DNA from: Candidatus Pacearchaeota archaeon
GTDB lineage: Archaea > Nanobdellota > Nanobdellia > Pacearchaeales > GW2011-AR1
Length of the DNA stretch: 64,000 nt
Assembly: GCA_016866955.1 (NCBI GenBank)
Contig: VGKT01000001.1
Span: 130,556 to 194,555, forward strand
Direction: 5' to 3'
Position numbers and translations under genes: made by a program. How positions within the stretch are numbered: the stretch's first letter is position 1; every line of letters starts with the position of its first letter. Below are positions 18,886 through 28,940 of this stretch, one piece after another. The notes beneath the pieces were generated by a model. It was not told where the DNA came from, did no database searches, and worked only from the letters and a program-made list of their open reading frames with translations.

Positions 18886-19254
18886 TTACTGTTCTTCGGT
18901 TCCAGTTGGTTCTGCTTCACTTACTTCGTCAGGAGCAACAAATCCAAGAGCTTCAGCATCTTCTACAATTTCTTTTTCGACTTGTTGTTCTTTTGCCACA
19001 ATTTCTTCATCAGAAACGCGTTCTTCTTTAACAGAGGTAAGTTTTTCTTTATGTTTACGAGGAAGTGGTCTGCTAATTGCAATAGGCAAGACTCCGGAAC
19101 TCAATTCTTTTTCAGCAATGCGCAACGAATCATATTTCAGTGCTTTCAAATCTTCATCAGAGATCTTTAAAAGAAGAGGAGCATCCATGGCAATTTGCAA
19201 TGCGCGTGCACCAAGAATACGAGCAGTTTCAAATTTGGTAAAGCGTTCTTGCAT
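18886..19254 (-). CDS. rpoK: RNA polymerase subunit Rpo6/RpoK with acidic C-terminal tail
   Basis: The N-terminal RFTKFETARILGARALQIAMDAPLLL...PLRIAEKEL..GVLPI is the Rpo6 signature. The C-terminal ~55 aa are E/V/K-rich. Confidence 0.8.
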   Translation of the reverse strand: MQERFTKFETARILGARALQIAMDAPLLLKISDEDLKALKYDSLRIAEKELSSGVLPIAISRPLPRKHKEKLTSVKEERVSDEEIVAKEQQVEKEIVEDAEALGFVAPDEVSEAEPTGTEEQ

Positions 19255-19265
19255 GGATAGTCTTT

Positions 19266-20081
19266 TTATAGTACCTTTTTAAGTTTATCGTACAGCTCAT
19301 CGTACTTTTCTCCAATGAGTATGGCAGCAGTTTCAAGTTCTTTTTGGGTAAACGGCTTAGCTCCTGTTTTTTGAGCACTATGGATCATGTGTTTCTTGCC
19401 CTGTTTAGTAAGTCCAAAATTACATTTAACTTCTGCTGCTTCGGCTTCTTCACGAGTTGGGTCGATAAAGAGGGCATTGCCCAATTTGAAGAGAGTAACT
19501 GAAAGGGGAACAAGTTCTTTCGCAAGAGGAACTGCTTGTTTCGTGCGATGTTTATAATCTGGGAAACCTGCTTCGGTAACTCCTGGCATTTTTGCTTGTT
19601 TTAAGGCGGCAATTGCTGCAAGCACTGCTGCATCAACAAGATTACCGTCATCATTGAGAGGATAGACGTCAATAATCACTGTCCAGACTTTTTCTCCTGC
19701 TTTAACTACTAATTTATCTAATTCAATCACATGCGATTCACGAATAACTCTATCAACAAGGCGTGGAAGTTCAATTGCATCGAACTTTGGGGGGCCTACT
19801 TCATATCGTGGAGAAGCAAGAGGCAATAAATCGCCTGAGACGAGAAGATTTCCTTTTTCTGGAGAATCAGGATAGGGTTTATCCAAAGTAAGTTTAACTC
19901 CTGCGATAACTTCGGTTTTACCCATACGAACACGTGCTGAACCTTCCGCTGCTTTTGAGACGTCGTATGAAATTTCTACTGCACGATATTCAGTTAAAGC
20001 GCGACCATCAAATCGCTTTCCTTGTTCAACCAATGTTTTCATTGCTTCGAAGGTATTCTTTGAAATATCCATGCCCATCAT
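19266..20081 (-). CDS. rrp42: exosome complex component Rrp42 (RNase PH-like, inactive subunit)
   Basis: 271 aa. GKRFDGRALTEYRAVEI...GSARVRMGKTEVIAGVK. ATGA overlap with rrp41. Confidence 0.85.
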   Translation of the reverse strand: MMGMDISKNTFEAMKTLVEQGKRFDGRALTEYRAVEISYDVSKAAEGSARVRMGKTEVIAGVKLTLDKPYPDSPEKGNLLVSGDLLPLASPRYEVGPPKFDAIELPRLVDRVIRESHVIELDKLVVKAGEKVWTVIIDVYPLNDDGNLVDAAVLAAIAALKQAKMPGVTEAGFPDYKHRTKQAVPLAKELVPLSVTLFKLGNALFIDPTREEAEAAEVKCNFGLTKQGKKHMIHSAQKTGAKPFTQKELETAAILIGEKYDELYDKLKKVL

Positions 20082-20779
20082 TGTGTTGCACCGGCCTTTA
20101 ATGCTTTCTTTTGAACTTCATACACTTCAGCACAGGTTTCATTTGCCATTTCTAATACTTCTGCAACTAATTCTGTAGCAATATTACCATCTAATTGAAC
20201 CAAAGTAAATTGATCTGAATTTGCAATCTTTGCAAGTGGGAAGTCAGTTGCGCCTTCACCTTCGTGGAAATCTTCTTCTTCTTTAGTAAGATCGGCAACA
20301 ACCGTAGTGTCTTGTTTTCCAATCGCTACTGAACAAACTAAATTTTTCATAGGGAGGCCTGCATGAGCAAGAGCCATGGATGCAGCATTAATACCTGCTG
20401 TTCTTGTTCCGGCATCTGCTTGTAGAATATAGATTTGTACATCAATAACGGTACTTGGAAATTCTTTCAAGTCAAGTACTGGAGAAAGAGCATATTCAGT
20501 CATTTTAGAAATTTCTTGTGAACGTCGAGAAGGTCCAGGTTTTTTACGATCATATACTGAAAATGAAAGTAAATCGTAATTAACGCGCAAGGTTGCTTGT
20601 TTTGGATCTTGCATATGTTGTGGATGGAGTAATCGAGGACCATACACTGCAGCAATTGCGATTGTATCTCCGAAAGCAAATAATGCGGAACCGTCTGCGT
20701 TTGGGACAACACCTACTTTTGCAGTCATAGGACGTAATTCGTTTACTTTTCTTCCATCAGATCGTTTAAAGGAAGCCAT
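20078..20779 (-). CDS. rrp41: exosome complex exonuclease Rrp41 (RNase PH)
   Basis: 233 aa. RSDGRKVNELRP...DGSALFAFGDTIAIAAVYGP...DAGTRTAGINAASMALAHAG. Confidence 0.9.
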   Translation of the reverse strand: MASFKRSDGRKVNELRPMTAKVGVVPNADGSALFAFGDTIAIAAVYGPRLLHPQHMQDPKQATLRVNYDLLSFSVYDRKKPGPSRRSQEISKMTEYALSPVLDLKEFPSTVIDVQIYILQADAGTRTAGINAASMALAHAGLPMKNLVCSVAIGKQDTTVVADLTKEEEDFHEGEGATDFPLAKIANSDQFTLVQLDGNIATELVAEVLEMANETCAEVYEVQKKALKAGATQ

Positions 20780-21483
20780 TACTTATTCTCCTGGAACCAA
20801 GATTCCATTTTTTCAGTTAATCCCTCTACAAATGGCTTTTCAGTAATCATTTCGATCGCTTTTCGCGCTTTAAGCATGCCTTCCATATCTTCGCTATAGA
20901 CCCAGCACCAGCCATTTTGACCGACAGCAACATCACATTTAGTGTTGTCTTTAATGAGATTAATCATACTTCCTTCTCTTCCGATAACACGAGGAACACG
21001 ATTTGGACTTACTTTGAATGAGAATCCCCCTTCAAGTTTTCCAAGTCCGGGACCATCAAAACTCAAATCAATACCTCGAGCAGTAATACCTTCAATTTTT
21101 CCGAGCATTAGGTCACCAATAGCGAGGAATTGGTCCATTTCGTTTTTGTTAATAAAATGAGGGGATTCATCAATTGGTAAAAAGGCATTACTTGCCCAGT
21201 CAATATCAATTACCCAACCATTCATGGTGATATTACTGACACGACCAATAACTTGATTACCGCGTCGAGGAACAAAGGCGCCCGTTAATGGGATAACACG
21301 AATAACCATTCCTGCTTCTTCAGCAAGACCATATTTTGCTGCAACTATATCTGCGCCTTGACGACGAGTACCGTCACTTGGTAAATAATCTTCGCCAGAT
21401 ACAATAACTTCGCCAGGAACTACTATATATCGTTTCTTTTGTGGTTCTTCAGAACCTTGAACAGAGATTTTCTTGACAGCCAT
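20779..21483 (-). CDS. rrp4: exosome RNA-binding subunit Rrp4 (S1 + KH)
   Basis: YIVVPGEVI..., an S1 domain (GNQVIGRVSNITMNGWVIDI) and a KH domain (VPRVIGREGSMINLI). I chose the ATG at 21483; the track start at 21591 is a TTG and cannot be excluded. Confidence 0.85.
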   Translation of the reverse strand: MAVKKISVQGSEEPQKKRYIVVPGEVIVSGEDYLPSDGTRRQGADIVAAKYGLAEEAGMVIRVIPLTGAFVPRRGNQVIGRVSNITMNGWVIDIDWASNAFLPIDESPHFINKNEMDQFLAIGDLMLGKIEGITARGIDLSFDGPGLGKLEGGFSFKVSPNRVPRVIGREGSMINLIKDNTKCDVAVGQNGWCWVYSEDMEGMLKARKAIEMITEKPFVEGLTEKMESWFQENK

Positions 21484-21633
21484 AATATAAAACAAACTAC
21501 CCGAAGTATTCGTGTTGTGTGTATATTTCTGTTCTTTTTGTTCTTTAAAAAGATTTTCCCTTCTAAACGTTGTTACTCCCTTAGATGACAAATACTAAGC
21601 TTTATATACCCTCAATCGAGCGCACTATTCCCT

Positions 21634-22080
21634 ATGTCAGCACATACATTTGATACTAAGACACAAGAAGCATACATTCGAGAGAGTTACTTTGCTGCTA
21701 GAATACATGCTCACGAGTTATGTGCCGATCTCCAACAAAAGCATGGTCTTCCTCGTACTCCTCCAAATACGTATAATATCCCATTTACGCAAGTGGTTGG
21801 TGTTCTTGCAGGACGTATGTTTGGTTTTTTACAAGCTTGGGGAAAGACAGGAGAGCAAGCATATTTAACACGAGGGTTTGCCGCTGCACAACGTTTTGAA
21901 CAATATTATGAGTTGGTTGCTCGATCTACTCAAGTGGCACATCGAGAACTAAAGCTCGATCACACGCACCCGTTTGTAATGCATGCGCCTGCTCAAAGCC
22001 CACAGAGAGTGTGTCCCCATACTTCCTGTTATACTGAATTGCATCTTGAACAGTTAGAATTACTTGCTGGTCAAAATTAA
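21634..22080 (+). CDS. hypothetical protein (148 aa)
   Basis: This plus-strand ORF sits between rrp4 and the SBDS gene. GCTTTATATACC at 21599-21610 lies ~29 nt upstream of the ATG. No family recognised. Confidence 0.5.
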   Translation: MSAHTFDTKTQEAYIRESYFAARIHAHELCADLQQKHGLPRTPPNTYNIPFTQVVGVLAGRMFGFLQAWGKTGEQAYLTRGFAAAQRFEQYYELVARSTQVAHRELKLDHTHPFVMHAPAQSPQRVCPHTSCYTELHLEQLELLAGQN

Positions 22081-22084
22081 ACAA

Positions 22085-22759
22085 TTATTCTTTTACTTCT
22101 TCAGATTGCACGGCACCGTGTGTAATGCCATTTAACTTATCATAGAAATCTAATTGCATGCCCGCAGGAATATTCAGTACTGCTTGGAGGCTTCCATTTG
22201 CAAGCCAATCTTCGCTTTCTTTGAAATCTTTAATGAGTCCATAGACTTGTCCTGAGTATTGTGCAGGAATAGTGAGCTTGATGCGTTTAGTATCTAATTT
22301 GATAGGAATAACGAGTTTAAGTTTATCTAAAATACCAGTTAATTGTTGCTCTGCGGGCTTGTTATCAATATGCGCTTTTGCTTCTTCTAATGCACGTTTA
22401 ATACGTTCTTCGGTGTAGGGGCGCCCGTGTTGATCGACTGCGTTTTTAAGAATTAATTGAATAACTTGTTTTACTTTTGCTTCTCGTTCAGCGTCGCGAA
22501 AATCTTGATTTTTCTGAACTTCCCCTTTTTGAATAATCGTAGTGGCAATAGCGTACACATCAGTTGTGTTAAATGCATTCGTTAATTGATCTTGACTAGC
22601 AACCTGACCTTTCTTTAAATCAGAATAAATCTTAGGCATATCTAATGCCGCTTGAATGTTTCCTTTTCCTGCTTGTACTTTAAGGGCTTCATCTAAATCA
22701 ACTTGAATTTCATACATGGTTGATTTTACTTTATATCGTGCGAGGACTTTTGCTCCCAT
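22085..22759 (-). CDS. sdo1: SBDS-family ribosome maturation protein
   Basis: 224 aa. ARYKVKSTMYEIQVD...IYSDLKKGQVAS...VYAIATTIIQKGEVQ, in the typical exosome-superoperon position. Confidence 0.85.
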   Translation of the reverse strand: MGAKVLARYKVKSTMYEIQVDLDEALKVQAGKGNIQAALDMPKIYSDLKKGQVASQDQLTNAFNTTDVYAIATTIIQKGEVQKNQDFRDAEREAKVKQVIQLILKNAVDQHGRPYTEERIKRALEEAKAHIDNKPAEQQLTGILDKLKLVIPIKLDTKRIKLTIPAQYSGQVYGLIKDFKESEDWLANGSLQAVLNIPAGMQLDFYDKLNGITHGAVQSEEVKE

Positions 22760-22871
22760 AACAAGAGGTTTGCTTCTTGTTATATAAAGATTTGTTTAGG
22801 GGGTTCGTTACTCCTGAAGCCGTATACTTTTTCACCATCTTCTTTATATGCAATTTAAGAACTAGGAATAT

Positions 22872-23888
22872 ATGCACATACAGGATCGTCTTTGGGGATG
22901 TGTTGAAGCTGTTCCCCCTGTTGTTAAAGAAATTCTTGCAACTCCTGAAATGCGACGACTAGAAGGCATTGATCAATCAGGGTTGCCTTTGGCTTTTCAT
23001 CCCAAAAATAGATATTCTCGTTTTGAACATTCGGTAGGGGTATATGTTCTTCTTGCAAAAATGGGCGCTTCAGTAGAAGAGCAACTCGCTGGATTACTGC
23101 ATGATGTATCCCATACTGCTTGTTCCCATTTGATTGATTGGGTACAGGGAGATCCTCAAATTGAAAACTTTCAAGATAAGCGACACCCTTCAATCGTTAG
23201 GAAAGGAATGCTTGGACAGACTCTTCTATCTCATGGATATGATCCAGCTCGGATTGCAGATTATTCTCACTTTAGCTTATTAGAGCAACCAAGCCCAATA
23301 GTATGTGCGGATAGACTTGATTATGGCATGCGTGAACTTGCTGATTGGGCTGCTCCAGAACTTGCTCCTTCTTTGACTTCAGCGATAGAGAATCATAAAG
23401 GGCGTATTGTATTTCGCACCGAACGGGCAGCACATCAATTTGGATATAATTTTGCTCGTCTCCAACGAGAATATTGGGGATATGCAGAATATATGGGAAG
23501 ATATCGCTTACTTGCAGAAGCACTTCAGGAAGGGCTTGCTCAACATATTATTACCCTGGATGACTTTGACGGAGTTGATGAAACATTGTTAGCAAAAGTA
23601 GAGAGAGAGGGAAAAGCGTTTCCTGCCATTCGAGAACGATTAAAACTTTTGACTCAACCCCAGATTTTCTTTTACACCCGTGAGAATGAATCCGGACCAG
23701 CATTTCGCTATTTGAAGGTTAAATTTAGATCTGTTGACCCTTCTTATCTTGATGAGCGCGGGCAGGTACAGCAACTGAGCACTACCTGGCCTACTTATGC
23801 TGAGATGTTAGTGCGTGATAAAGAACGTACGGAAAGAGGAATCTGGATTCGATTTACTCGCTCACTTCCAGAACTCCATAAACCTTAA
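22872..23888 (+). CDS. HD-domain phosphohydrolase (COG1078-like)
   Basis: 338 aa. TPEMRRLEGIDQSG...SRFEHSVGVYVLL...LAGLLHDVSHTACSH. CTTTATATG at 22842-22850 lies upstream. Confidence 0.7.
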   Translation: MHIQDRLWGCVEAVPPVVKEILATPEMRRLEGIDQSGLPLAFHPKNRYSRFEHSVGVYVLLAKMGASVEEQLAGLLHDVSHTACSHLIDWVQGDPQIENFQDKRHPSIVRKGMLGQTLLSHGYDPARIADYSHFSLLEQPSPIVCADRLDYGMRELADWAAPELAPSLTSAIENHKGRIVFRTERAAHQFGYNFARLQREYWGYAEYMGRYRLLAEALQEGLAQHIITLDDFDGVDETLLAKVEREGKAFPAIRERLKLLTQPQIFFYTRENESGPAFRYLKVKFRSVDPSYLDERGQVQQLSTTWPTYAEMLVRDKERTERGIWIRFTRSLPELHKP

Positions 23889-23923
23889 ATACGCTCAGGG
23901 AAAGAGAAAAGAAGGAACATTCT

Positions 23924-24649
23924 ATGGATCTACCAACTGAAATGCAACATCAAGCAATGGGATATGACCGAGCAGCGACTATGTTTTCGCCTGACGGACA
24001 TCTCCTTCAAGTGGAATATGCTGAAAAAACGGTTAAATTAGGAAGTAGCAGTATTGGAATTGTATGTAAAGATGGAGTCGTTATTGTTGCTGATAGACGT
24101 ATTCGCGATAAATTAGTTGCTCCTGAAAGCATGAATAAAGTGTTTGAAATTGATTCACATTTAATGGCTTCAGCATCAGGATTACTCTCTGACGCTCGCG
24201 TACTGGTTGAAGAAGGACAAGTACTTGCTCAACAAAATCGTGTGACCTATGGTGCACCAATTGAACCTATCTTGATTATCAAACGTATTGCGGATAGAAA
24301 GCAAATGTATACGCAGTATGGAGGAGCACGTCCGTATGGTGTTGCATTCTTAATTGCAGGAGTACATAATCAAAAACCACAACTCTATACTTCTGATATG
24401 ACCGGACATTATCTTGCATACCGAGCAAACGCTATCGGAGAACATGATGAAAAGATTAAGGAAATTCTTCGTCGAGATCTTGACGGGGATTTAACTATGC
24501 AAGAAGCAATTCCTTTTGCTTTGAAAATATTCAAAGAAGTTTTGGATAAAAATTTTGATATACAGCGTTTTGACGTTGGTATGATCAGTGCAAAAGATGC
24601 TCGTTTAGTGCGCGTGCATGGCGATGCATTGAAGAAATTTGTAAAGTAA
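23924..24649 (+). CDS. psmA: proteasome subunit alpha
   Basis: 241 aa. GYDRAATMFSPDGHLLQVEYAEKTVKLGSSSIGIV...YGGARPYGVAFLIAG. Confidence 0.9.
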   Translation: MDLPTEMQHQAMGYDRAATMFSPDGHLLQVEYAEKTVKLGSSSIGIVCKDGVVIVADRRIRDKLVAPESMNKVFEIDSHLMASASGLLSDARVLVEEGQVLAQQNRVTYGAPIEPILIIKRIADRKQMYTQYGGARPYGVAFLIAGVHNQKPQLYTSDMTGHYLAYRANAIGEHDEKIKEILRRDLDGDLTMQEAIPFALKIFKEVLDKNFDIQRFDVGMISAKDARLVRVHGDALKKFVK

Positions 24650-24692
24650 ACAAGTATAATTAGGATACATTATAAAAAATAAATATCTGCTT

Positions 24693-25148
24693 TTATTCAA
24701 TCTTCACTACGGTAATAGTAAATGTTAATGTTTTGCCTGCAAGTGGATGATTCATATCAAGGGTGATAGAATCTTTGTCAACTGCAGTGATTGCAACAGG
24801 AATGGTATGGCCATCTGGTGTCTTCATGCCTAATTGCATGCCCACTTCAAGTTCTTTACCTTCAGGATGTGGAGGTAATTGAGATTTAGGAATAGTGTGA
24901 GTAAGTTCTCCCTTTTTGTCCCCATATGCTTCTGCAGGAGGAATAGAGAATGTTTTTGATTCTCCTACTTTCATCCCTTTGACTGCTTTTTCGAAACCAG
25001 GAATTACTTGTCCTGCGCCTACAACAAATTCAAGCGGATGAGAATGATCGCCGTGTGTACTCGAGTCAAAGATAGTACCGTCATCAAGTTTGCCTTCATA
25101 GTGTAATGAAACTTTAGACTTATCTTGTACGATAGTTTTTTCTGCCAT
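24693..25148 (-). CDS. FKBP-type peptidyl-prolyl cis-trans isomerase (SlyD-like, with IF insert)
   Basis: 151 aa. VSLHYEGKLDDGTIFDSS...PLEFVVGAGQVIPGFEKAVKGMKVGE...LDMNHPLAGKTLTF. Confidence 0.85.
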   Translation of the reverse strand: MAEKTIVQDKSKVSLHYEGKLDDGTIFDSSTHGDHSHPLEFVVGAGQVIPGFEKAVKGMKVGESKTFSIPPAEAYGDKKGELTHTIPKSQLPPHPEGKELEVGMQLGMKTPDGHTIPVAITAVDKDSITLDMNHPLAGKTLTFTITVVKIE

Positions 25149-25207
25149 ATACTGGGGCTCTGGAAAAACGGTATTTAAAGGTTAGTATAAGAGAAAAAGG
25201 AAAAGAA

Positions 25208-25231
25208 CCGGATGCTCCTACAAGCACCCGG
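25208..25231 (-). terminator. hairpin plus U-tract, candidate terminator after the DUF106 gene
   Basis: The minus strand reads CCGGGUGCUUGUAGGAGCAUCCGG (8-bp stem, one mismatch) followed by UUCUUUUCCUUUUUCUCUU. It lies just upstream of the FKBP TATA box at 25171-25181. Confidence 0.4.
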
Positions 25232-25277
25232 CCATTTTATAATAAGAGTATGGAAAAGAGGCTTATAAGGGTTGCGT

Positions 25278-25808
25278 TTAATAGACTTTCAAGATTTTAC
25301 GATAGATACTTGAGAAAATAATTGCTAAAAGGAAATAGGCCCAAATCCAGCCTATCCCGAGAATCTTTGCAGGGTTTGCGGTGAAATAATCTCCGAACCA
25401 ACGAAAGAAGAGAATGAAGGGGAGGGACGTGTAAAGCACAGGACGCAGGGTGAGAGGCATGGATTCCATGACTAATTCCATTGACTTCTTGGAAAGCTCC
25501 ATTTGTTTAGTAGGATCGGACCTATGTTCTTTGATTTGTTGTTGAATGAGTTTTTGTTCTTCGCGTAATACTTTGAGTGCATTCTGATCGGTTCCGTATT
25601 TTTGAACGAGTGTGGTAATGAGTGTAAGAAGAGCGACAAAGATGATAAACCCAAGCGTGAGATGCCAATTAAATAAGGCCCCTGCAGTTGGATCAAGTAA
25701 TGCATGGACAGTTATCTTGATAATTGGAACGGCATCCCAGAGTCCTGCGGCGACTAAACCGATAACCATAATCCCAAACATAAGGAGCAAAGGATTCTTC
25801 ATCACCAT
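25278..25808 (-). CDS. DUF106/archaeal YidC-Oxa1-like membrane insertase
   Basis: 176 aa with three TM segments and a central charged coiled coil (LREEQKLIQQQIKEHR...). It occupies the usual position next to secY. Confidence 0.65.
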   Translation of the reverse strand: MVMKNPLLLMFGIMVIGLVAAGLWDAVPIIKITVHALLDPTAGALFNWHLTLGFIIFVALLTLITTLVQKYGTDQNALKVLREEQKLIQQQIKEHRSDPTKQMELSKKSMELVMESMPLTLRPVLYTSLPFILFFRWFGDYFTANPAKILGIGWIWAYFLLAIIFSSIYRKILKVY

Positions 25809-25865
25809 TAGAATAAAAAACGTTATTTAAATGTGTGGAAATTTTTTATTCTCAGAATATACGTG

Positions 25866-27263
25866 TTAATTACCCATCATTTTCTTCATGGCTGGATGCA
25901 TATCGACTGCGTGTTGTTGGGCAATATTTTGATAGAATTGATAACTGATAGTAATAGCGAGCAAGATAGACGTACCAGAGGTAAGTGCACCAAGAGAGTC
26001 GGTGATTGCGGCAAGTAAGCCAATAGCAATACCGCCCATAACTGTCAGGGGCATGATATATCGTTTCAAAATCGATTCAAGAACTCGTTCATCTTTTCTG
26101 AAACCAGGAATTTGGAGACCGGAAGCAATAATTTTCTTTGCTTGACTGGTTTCGTCCATTCCCGCGGTCTTGACCCAAAAGACTGAAAATACGGCAGAAC
26201 AAAGTACGAAGAACAGAATATGCGTTCCCATTTGGATGAACATTGTCGTCGATTGTGTATTATTGATGAGTGCCTCTACCACATTTGAATGTCCTAACCA
26301 ATAGGCAAGTCCAGATGTTGCTTGACCGTTACTGAAACTTCCTAACCAGGTTGCTGCACCCAATTTCTTTTCTAATAGGCCTCCGAATAATTGAATATTT
26401 GCTAAAAGCGCGGCAGTGAGAATAACTGGCATGTTAGAAGCATAGAAAAATGATAAAGGCCATTTGACGTTGTATCCTCGAAGACGATCGTAACTCAATG
26501 GAATTTCAATTTTCAAAGATTGTGCCCAAATAACTGCAAGGAAAATAAGAATCGTTACTGCAATCGCAGCAAGTGCAAGAACTGCTTCTCGTGGAGCACC
26601 AGTAATAAGTGCTTGAATAAAGACTAATAATTTTCCTGCACAAGGGGTGTCGCTGAAACTCATTAAACAATTTTCCCCGGTTGGTCCAATGAATTGGAAT
26701 AAACCAGTAAAGAGAACGCGAGCAACTCCTGCAAGAATGAAAAGAGAAACTCCTGAACCGAAGCCCCATTTGCTTGATACTTCGTCCATAAACATGATTG
26801 CTAATCCTCCAATCATGAGTTGAAAGATAACAATTCCTGCAAGAGAGGGGGTTGCTGGCTGGAATCCACCCATTAAAACATACACGAGTGCTTCAAACAC
26901 GATGAAAACTAAAACGCCGAGTTTTTGCAATCCTTGAAAGTATTTTCTACCATCAGGAGTATTGGTGTTAATATTGAGAATGCCTGCTCCAACAAGCAAT
27001 TGCAAGATAATGGAAGCCATCACAATTGGACCAATACCTAAACTAATGATACTTCCAAAATCTGTTCCTAAAATAACTTGTAAATATTCGAATTGGGCAA
27101 GAGAATTGCTCTTTAATCCATAAAGAGGAACATTTACCAGAATGAAGAATGCTGCGAGAATGATAATCGTCCATTTAAGTTTCGTATTAAAATCAACTTT
27201 CTTCTCAGTTGGCTTAGTAACTTCTGGTAGGTTATACAATAACGGTTTAAGGTTGAATGCCAT
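25866..27263 (-). CDS. secY: preprotein translocase subunit SecY
   Basis: 465 aa with 10 TM segments. Typical GIGPIVMASIILQLL and GLQIPGFR motifs. It ends the r-protein operon. Confidence 0.95.
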   Translation of the reverse strand: MAFNLKPLLYNLPEVTKPTEKKVDFNTKLKWTIIILAAFFILVNVPLYGLKSNSLAQFEYLQVILGTDFGSIISLGIGPIVMASIILQLLVGAGILNINTNTPDGRKYFQGLQKLGVLVFIVFEALVYVLMGGFQPATPSLAGIVIFQLMIGGLAIMFMDEVSSKWGFGSGVSLFILAGVARVLFTGLFQFIGPTGENCLMSFSDTPCAGKLLVFIQALITGAPREAVLALAAIAVTILIFLAVIWAQSLKIEIPLSYDRLRGYNVKWPLSFFYASNMPVILTAALLANIQLFGGLLEKKLGAATWLGSFSNGQATSGLAYWLGHSNVVEALINNTQSTTMFIQMGTHILFFVLCSAVFSVFWVKTAGMDETSQAKKIIASGLQIPGFRKDERVLESILKRYIMPLTVMGGIAIGLLAAITDSLGALTSGTSILLAITISYQFYQNIAQQHAVDMHPAMKKMMGN

Positions 27264-27284
27264 TGCGCATGAATGTAGAAGAGG

Positions 27285-27294
27285 CTATATAAAG
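27285..27294 (-). promoter_or_regulatory. TATA box candidate internal to the operon, upstream of secY
   Basis: The minus strand reads CTTTATATAG 22 nt upstream of the secY ATG. Confidence 0.4.
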
Positions 27295-27303
27295 ATTAGG
27301 GAC

Positions 27304-27747
27304 TTATTTCTTTACAACAGCGTCGGTAGTTTGAGCATTTTTGAGTATCAACTTGCTTCCAGCTTTCTCTATTTTTGCGAGAGCTGAAGAGGATGCCTTA
27401 TCAGCATAGATAGTAGTTTTAATTGTTAATTCTCCATCGCCTAAGATTTTGTAGCCATTTAATTTAACTTCTTTCTGACCTACATAGAGACGAGAGAGGT
27501 CATTTAAGTTGATAACTTCCAATTTTGGAGTGGTTGCGCCACGGCGTAACGTTCGATCTTTGCCGAAGTAATGATTGCCTTTGAGAAGATTGATGAAAAA
27601 TGTTTTCTTCTGATCTCCTCGCTTTCCAGTACCTGCTAAACCCTTTCCTCCACGATTTCCTGATCCTCGTGTTCTTTCTTTTGCCCCACGACCGTGTGTT
27701 TGTGACCCGCGTTGTCTTCCTGATTTCTTACGTCGTTTAAATCCCAT
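27304..27747 (-). CDS. rpl15: ribosomal protein uL15
   Basis: 147 aa. Gly/Arg-rich N-terminus RGSGNRGGKGLAGTGKRG, in the expected operon position. Confidence 0.9.
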   Translation of the reverse strand: MGFKRRKKSGRQRGSQTHGRGAKERTRGSGNRGGKGLAGTGKRGDQKKTFFINLLKGNHYFGKDRTLRRGATTPKLEVINLNDLSRLYVGQKEVKLNGYKILGDGELTIKTTIYADKASSSALAKIEKAGSKLILKNAQTTDAVVKK

Positions 27748-28163
27748 TACAACATCCTCCGAACAAGTACGTTAATATCTGTTTTATTATCACCTAAAAC
27801 TCCACCCTTCAAAGGATAATGTAACTTTGACTTAATCCCGCCACGTGGAGGATGAAGACGGAAGAATGGTTTGAGACCGAGTTCTTCAAGAGATTTCTTT
27901 TCAATATCGCCCACAATCTTTATTGCATCGATTTTCTTACCTTTTAACGCTTGACCGCGCTTGGTAACTAATTCCGTTAACGTTGCGTTATCAATTGTAC
28001 CGAATGCTACGAAATTACGTACATGACTAAGTAATTTGTAATTATCATCTGTTTCTTTCAAGAGCACTGCTGCGTATTTTCTTCGTAAACGAATACGACT
28101 CAACGTATCGTTAATTGTTGTAGGTACTTCTACCATGCCCGAAATGCGAATCACAAGTATCAT
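27747..28163 (-). CDS. rpl30: ribosomal protein uL30
   Basis: 138 aa. VIRISGMVEVPTTINDTLSRIRLRRKYAAVL. Confidence 0.9.
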   Translation of the reverse strand: MILVIRISGMVEVPTTINDTLSRIRLRRKYAAVLLKETDDNYKLLSHVRNFVAFGTIDNATLTELVTKRGQALKGKKIDAIKIVGDIEKKSLEELGLKPFFRLHPPRGGIKSKLHYPLKGGVLGDNKTDINVLVRRML

Positions 28164-28939
28164 AGTCTCATATTGTTAGTTTTAATTAATGCGTCAATGA
28201 TGGCTTTCCCAAAATTAAAGGTCGTTCGTGTTTGACCTTCAATATATGAGTATACATCTTCAATACCAGCAAGACGAAGGATTTTCTTTCCCTCATTTCC
28301 AATAACTAAACCAGTACCACGAGGAGCAGGAATAAGCGTAACACGAACAGATCCGCATTTTCCTTGTACTTTGTAAGGAACAGTATGTGGTTGAGTGCCG
28401 ACTTCTTTTGATTCCCAACCTCGTGTAATGCGCACCATATTTAACTTTGCAGCTCGTTGAGCTTTTGCACGAGCAGGTAACGTTTCTTTTGCTTTTCCTA
28501 AACCAAGACCAACATGACCTGCTTTATCGCCTACAACTGCCATAGCTGAAAATGTAACTACATTACCTTCCATCGTCTTCTTCTGTGTTTGACGCCATGC
28601 TCTTCGTTTACCACCGCCAAATTTACCTTTGGCTTGTCCAATTAATAAAAGATCATGTTCCGTCTTTAATAAAATGTCAACAATATGATATTCCAATACT
28701 TTCAAATTTTTATCGAGCACTTCATCAAAGTTTTTGATTTTGCCTTCACGTACTGCGCGTCCTAATGCTGTTTTTGGTACCCAAGCGGCAAGATCTGCTT
28801 CATGTGCTTCACGATCAAGTTCATCACGAGATTTTCTTCGATAGACAGTAGGTTCCACAGCCACGTCTAATTTCTGAACTTCTTCAGGTGTCGCTTCAAT
28901 GAGCGCTTTCGGTTGATGGATATTATCTTTTTCTGCCAT
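28160..28939 (-). CDS. rps5: ribosomal protein uS5 (with ~50-aa N-terminal extension)
   Basis: 259 aa. SAMAVVGDKAGHVGLGLGKAKE...IPAPRGTGLV. Confidence 0.9.
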   Translation of the reverse strand: MAEKDNIHQPKALIEATPEEVQKLDVAVEPTVYRRKSRDELDREAHEADLAAWVPKTALGRAVREGKIKNFDEVLDKNLKVLEYHIVDILLKTEHDLLLIGQAKGKFGGGKRRAWRQTQKKTMEGNVVTFSAMAVVGDKAGHVGLGLGKAKETLPARAKAQRAAKLNMVRITRGWESKEVGTQPHTVPYKVQGKCGSVRVTLIPAPRGTGLVIGNEGKKILRLAGIEDVYSYIEGQTRTTFNFGKAIIDALIKTNNMRL

Positions 28940-28940
28940 G

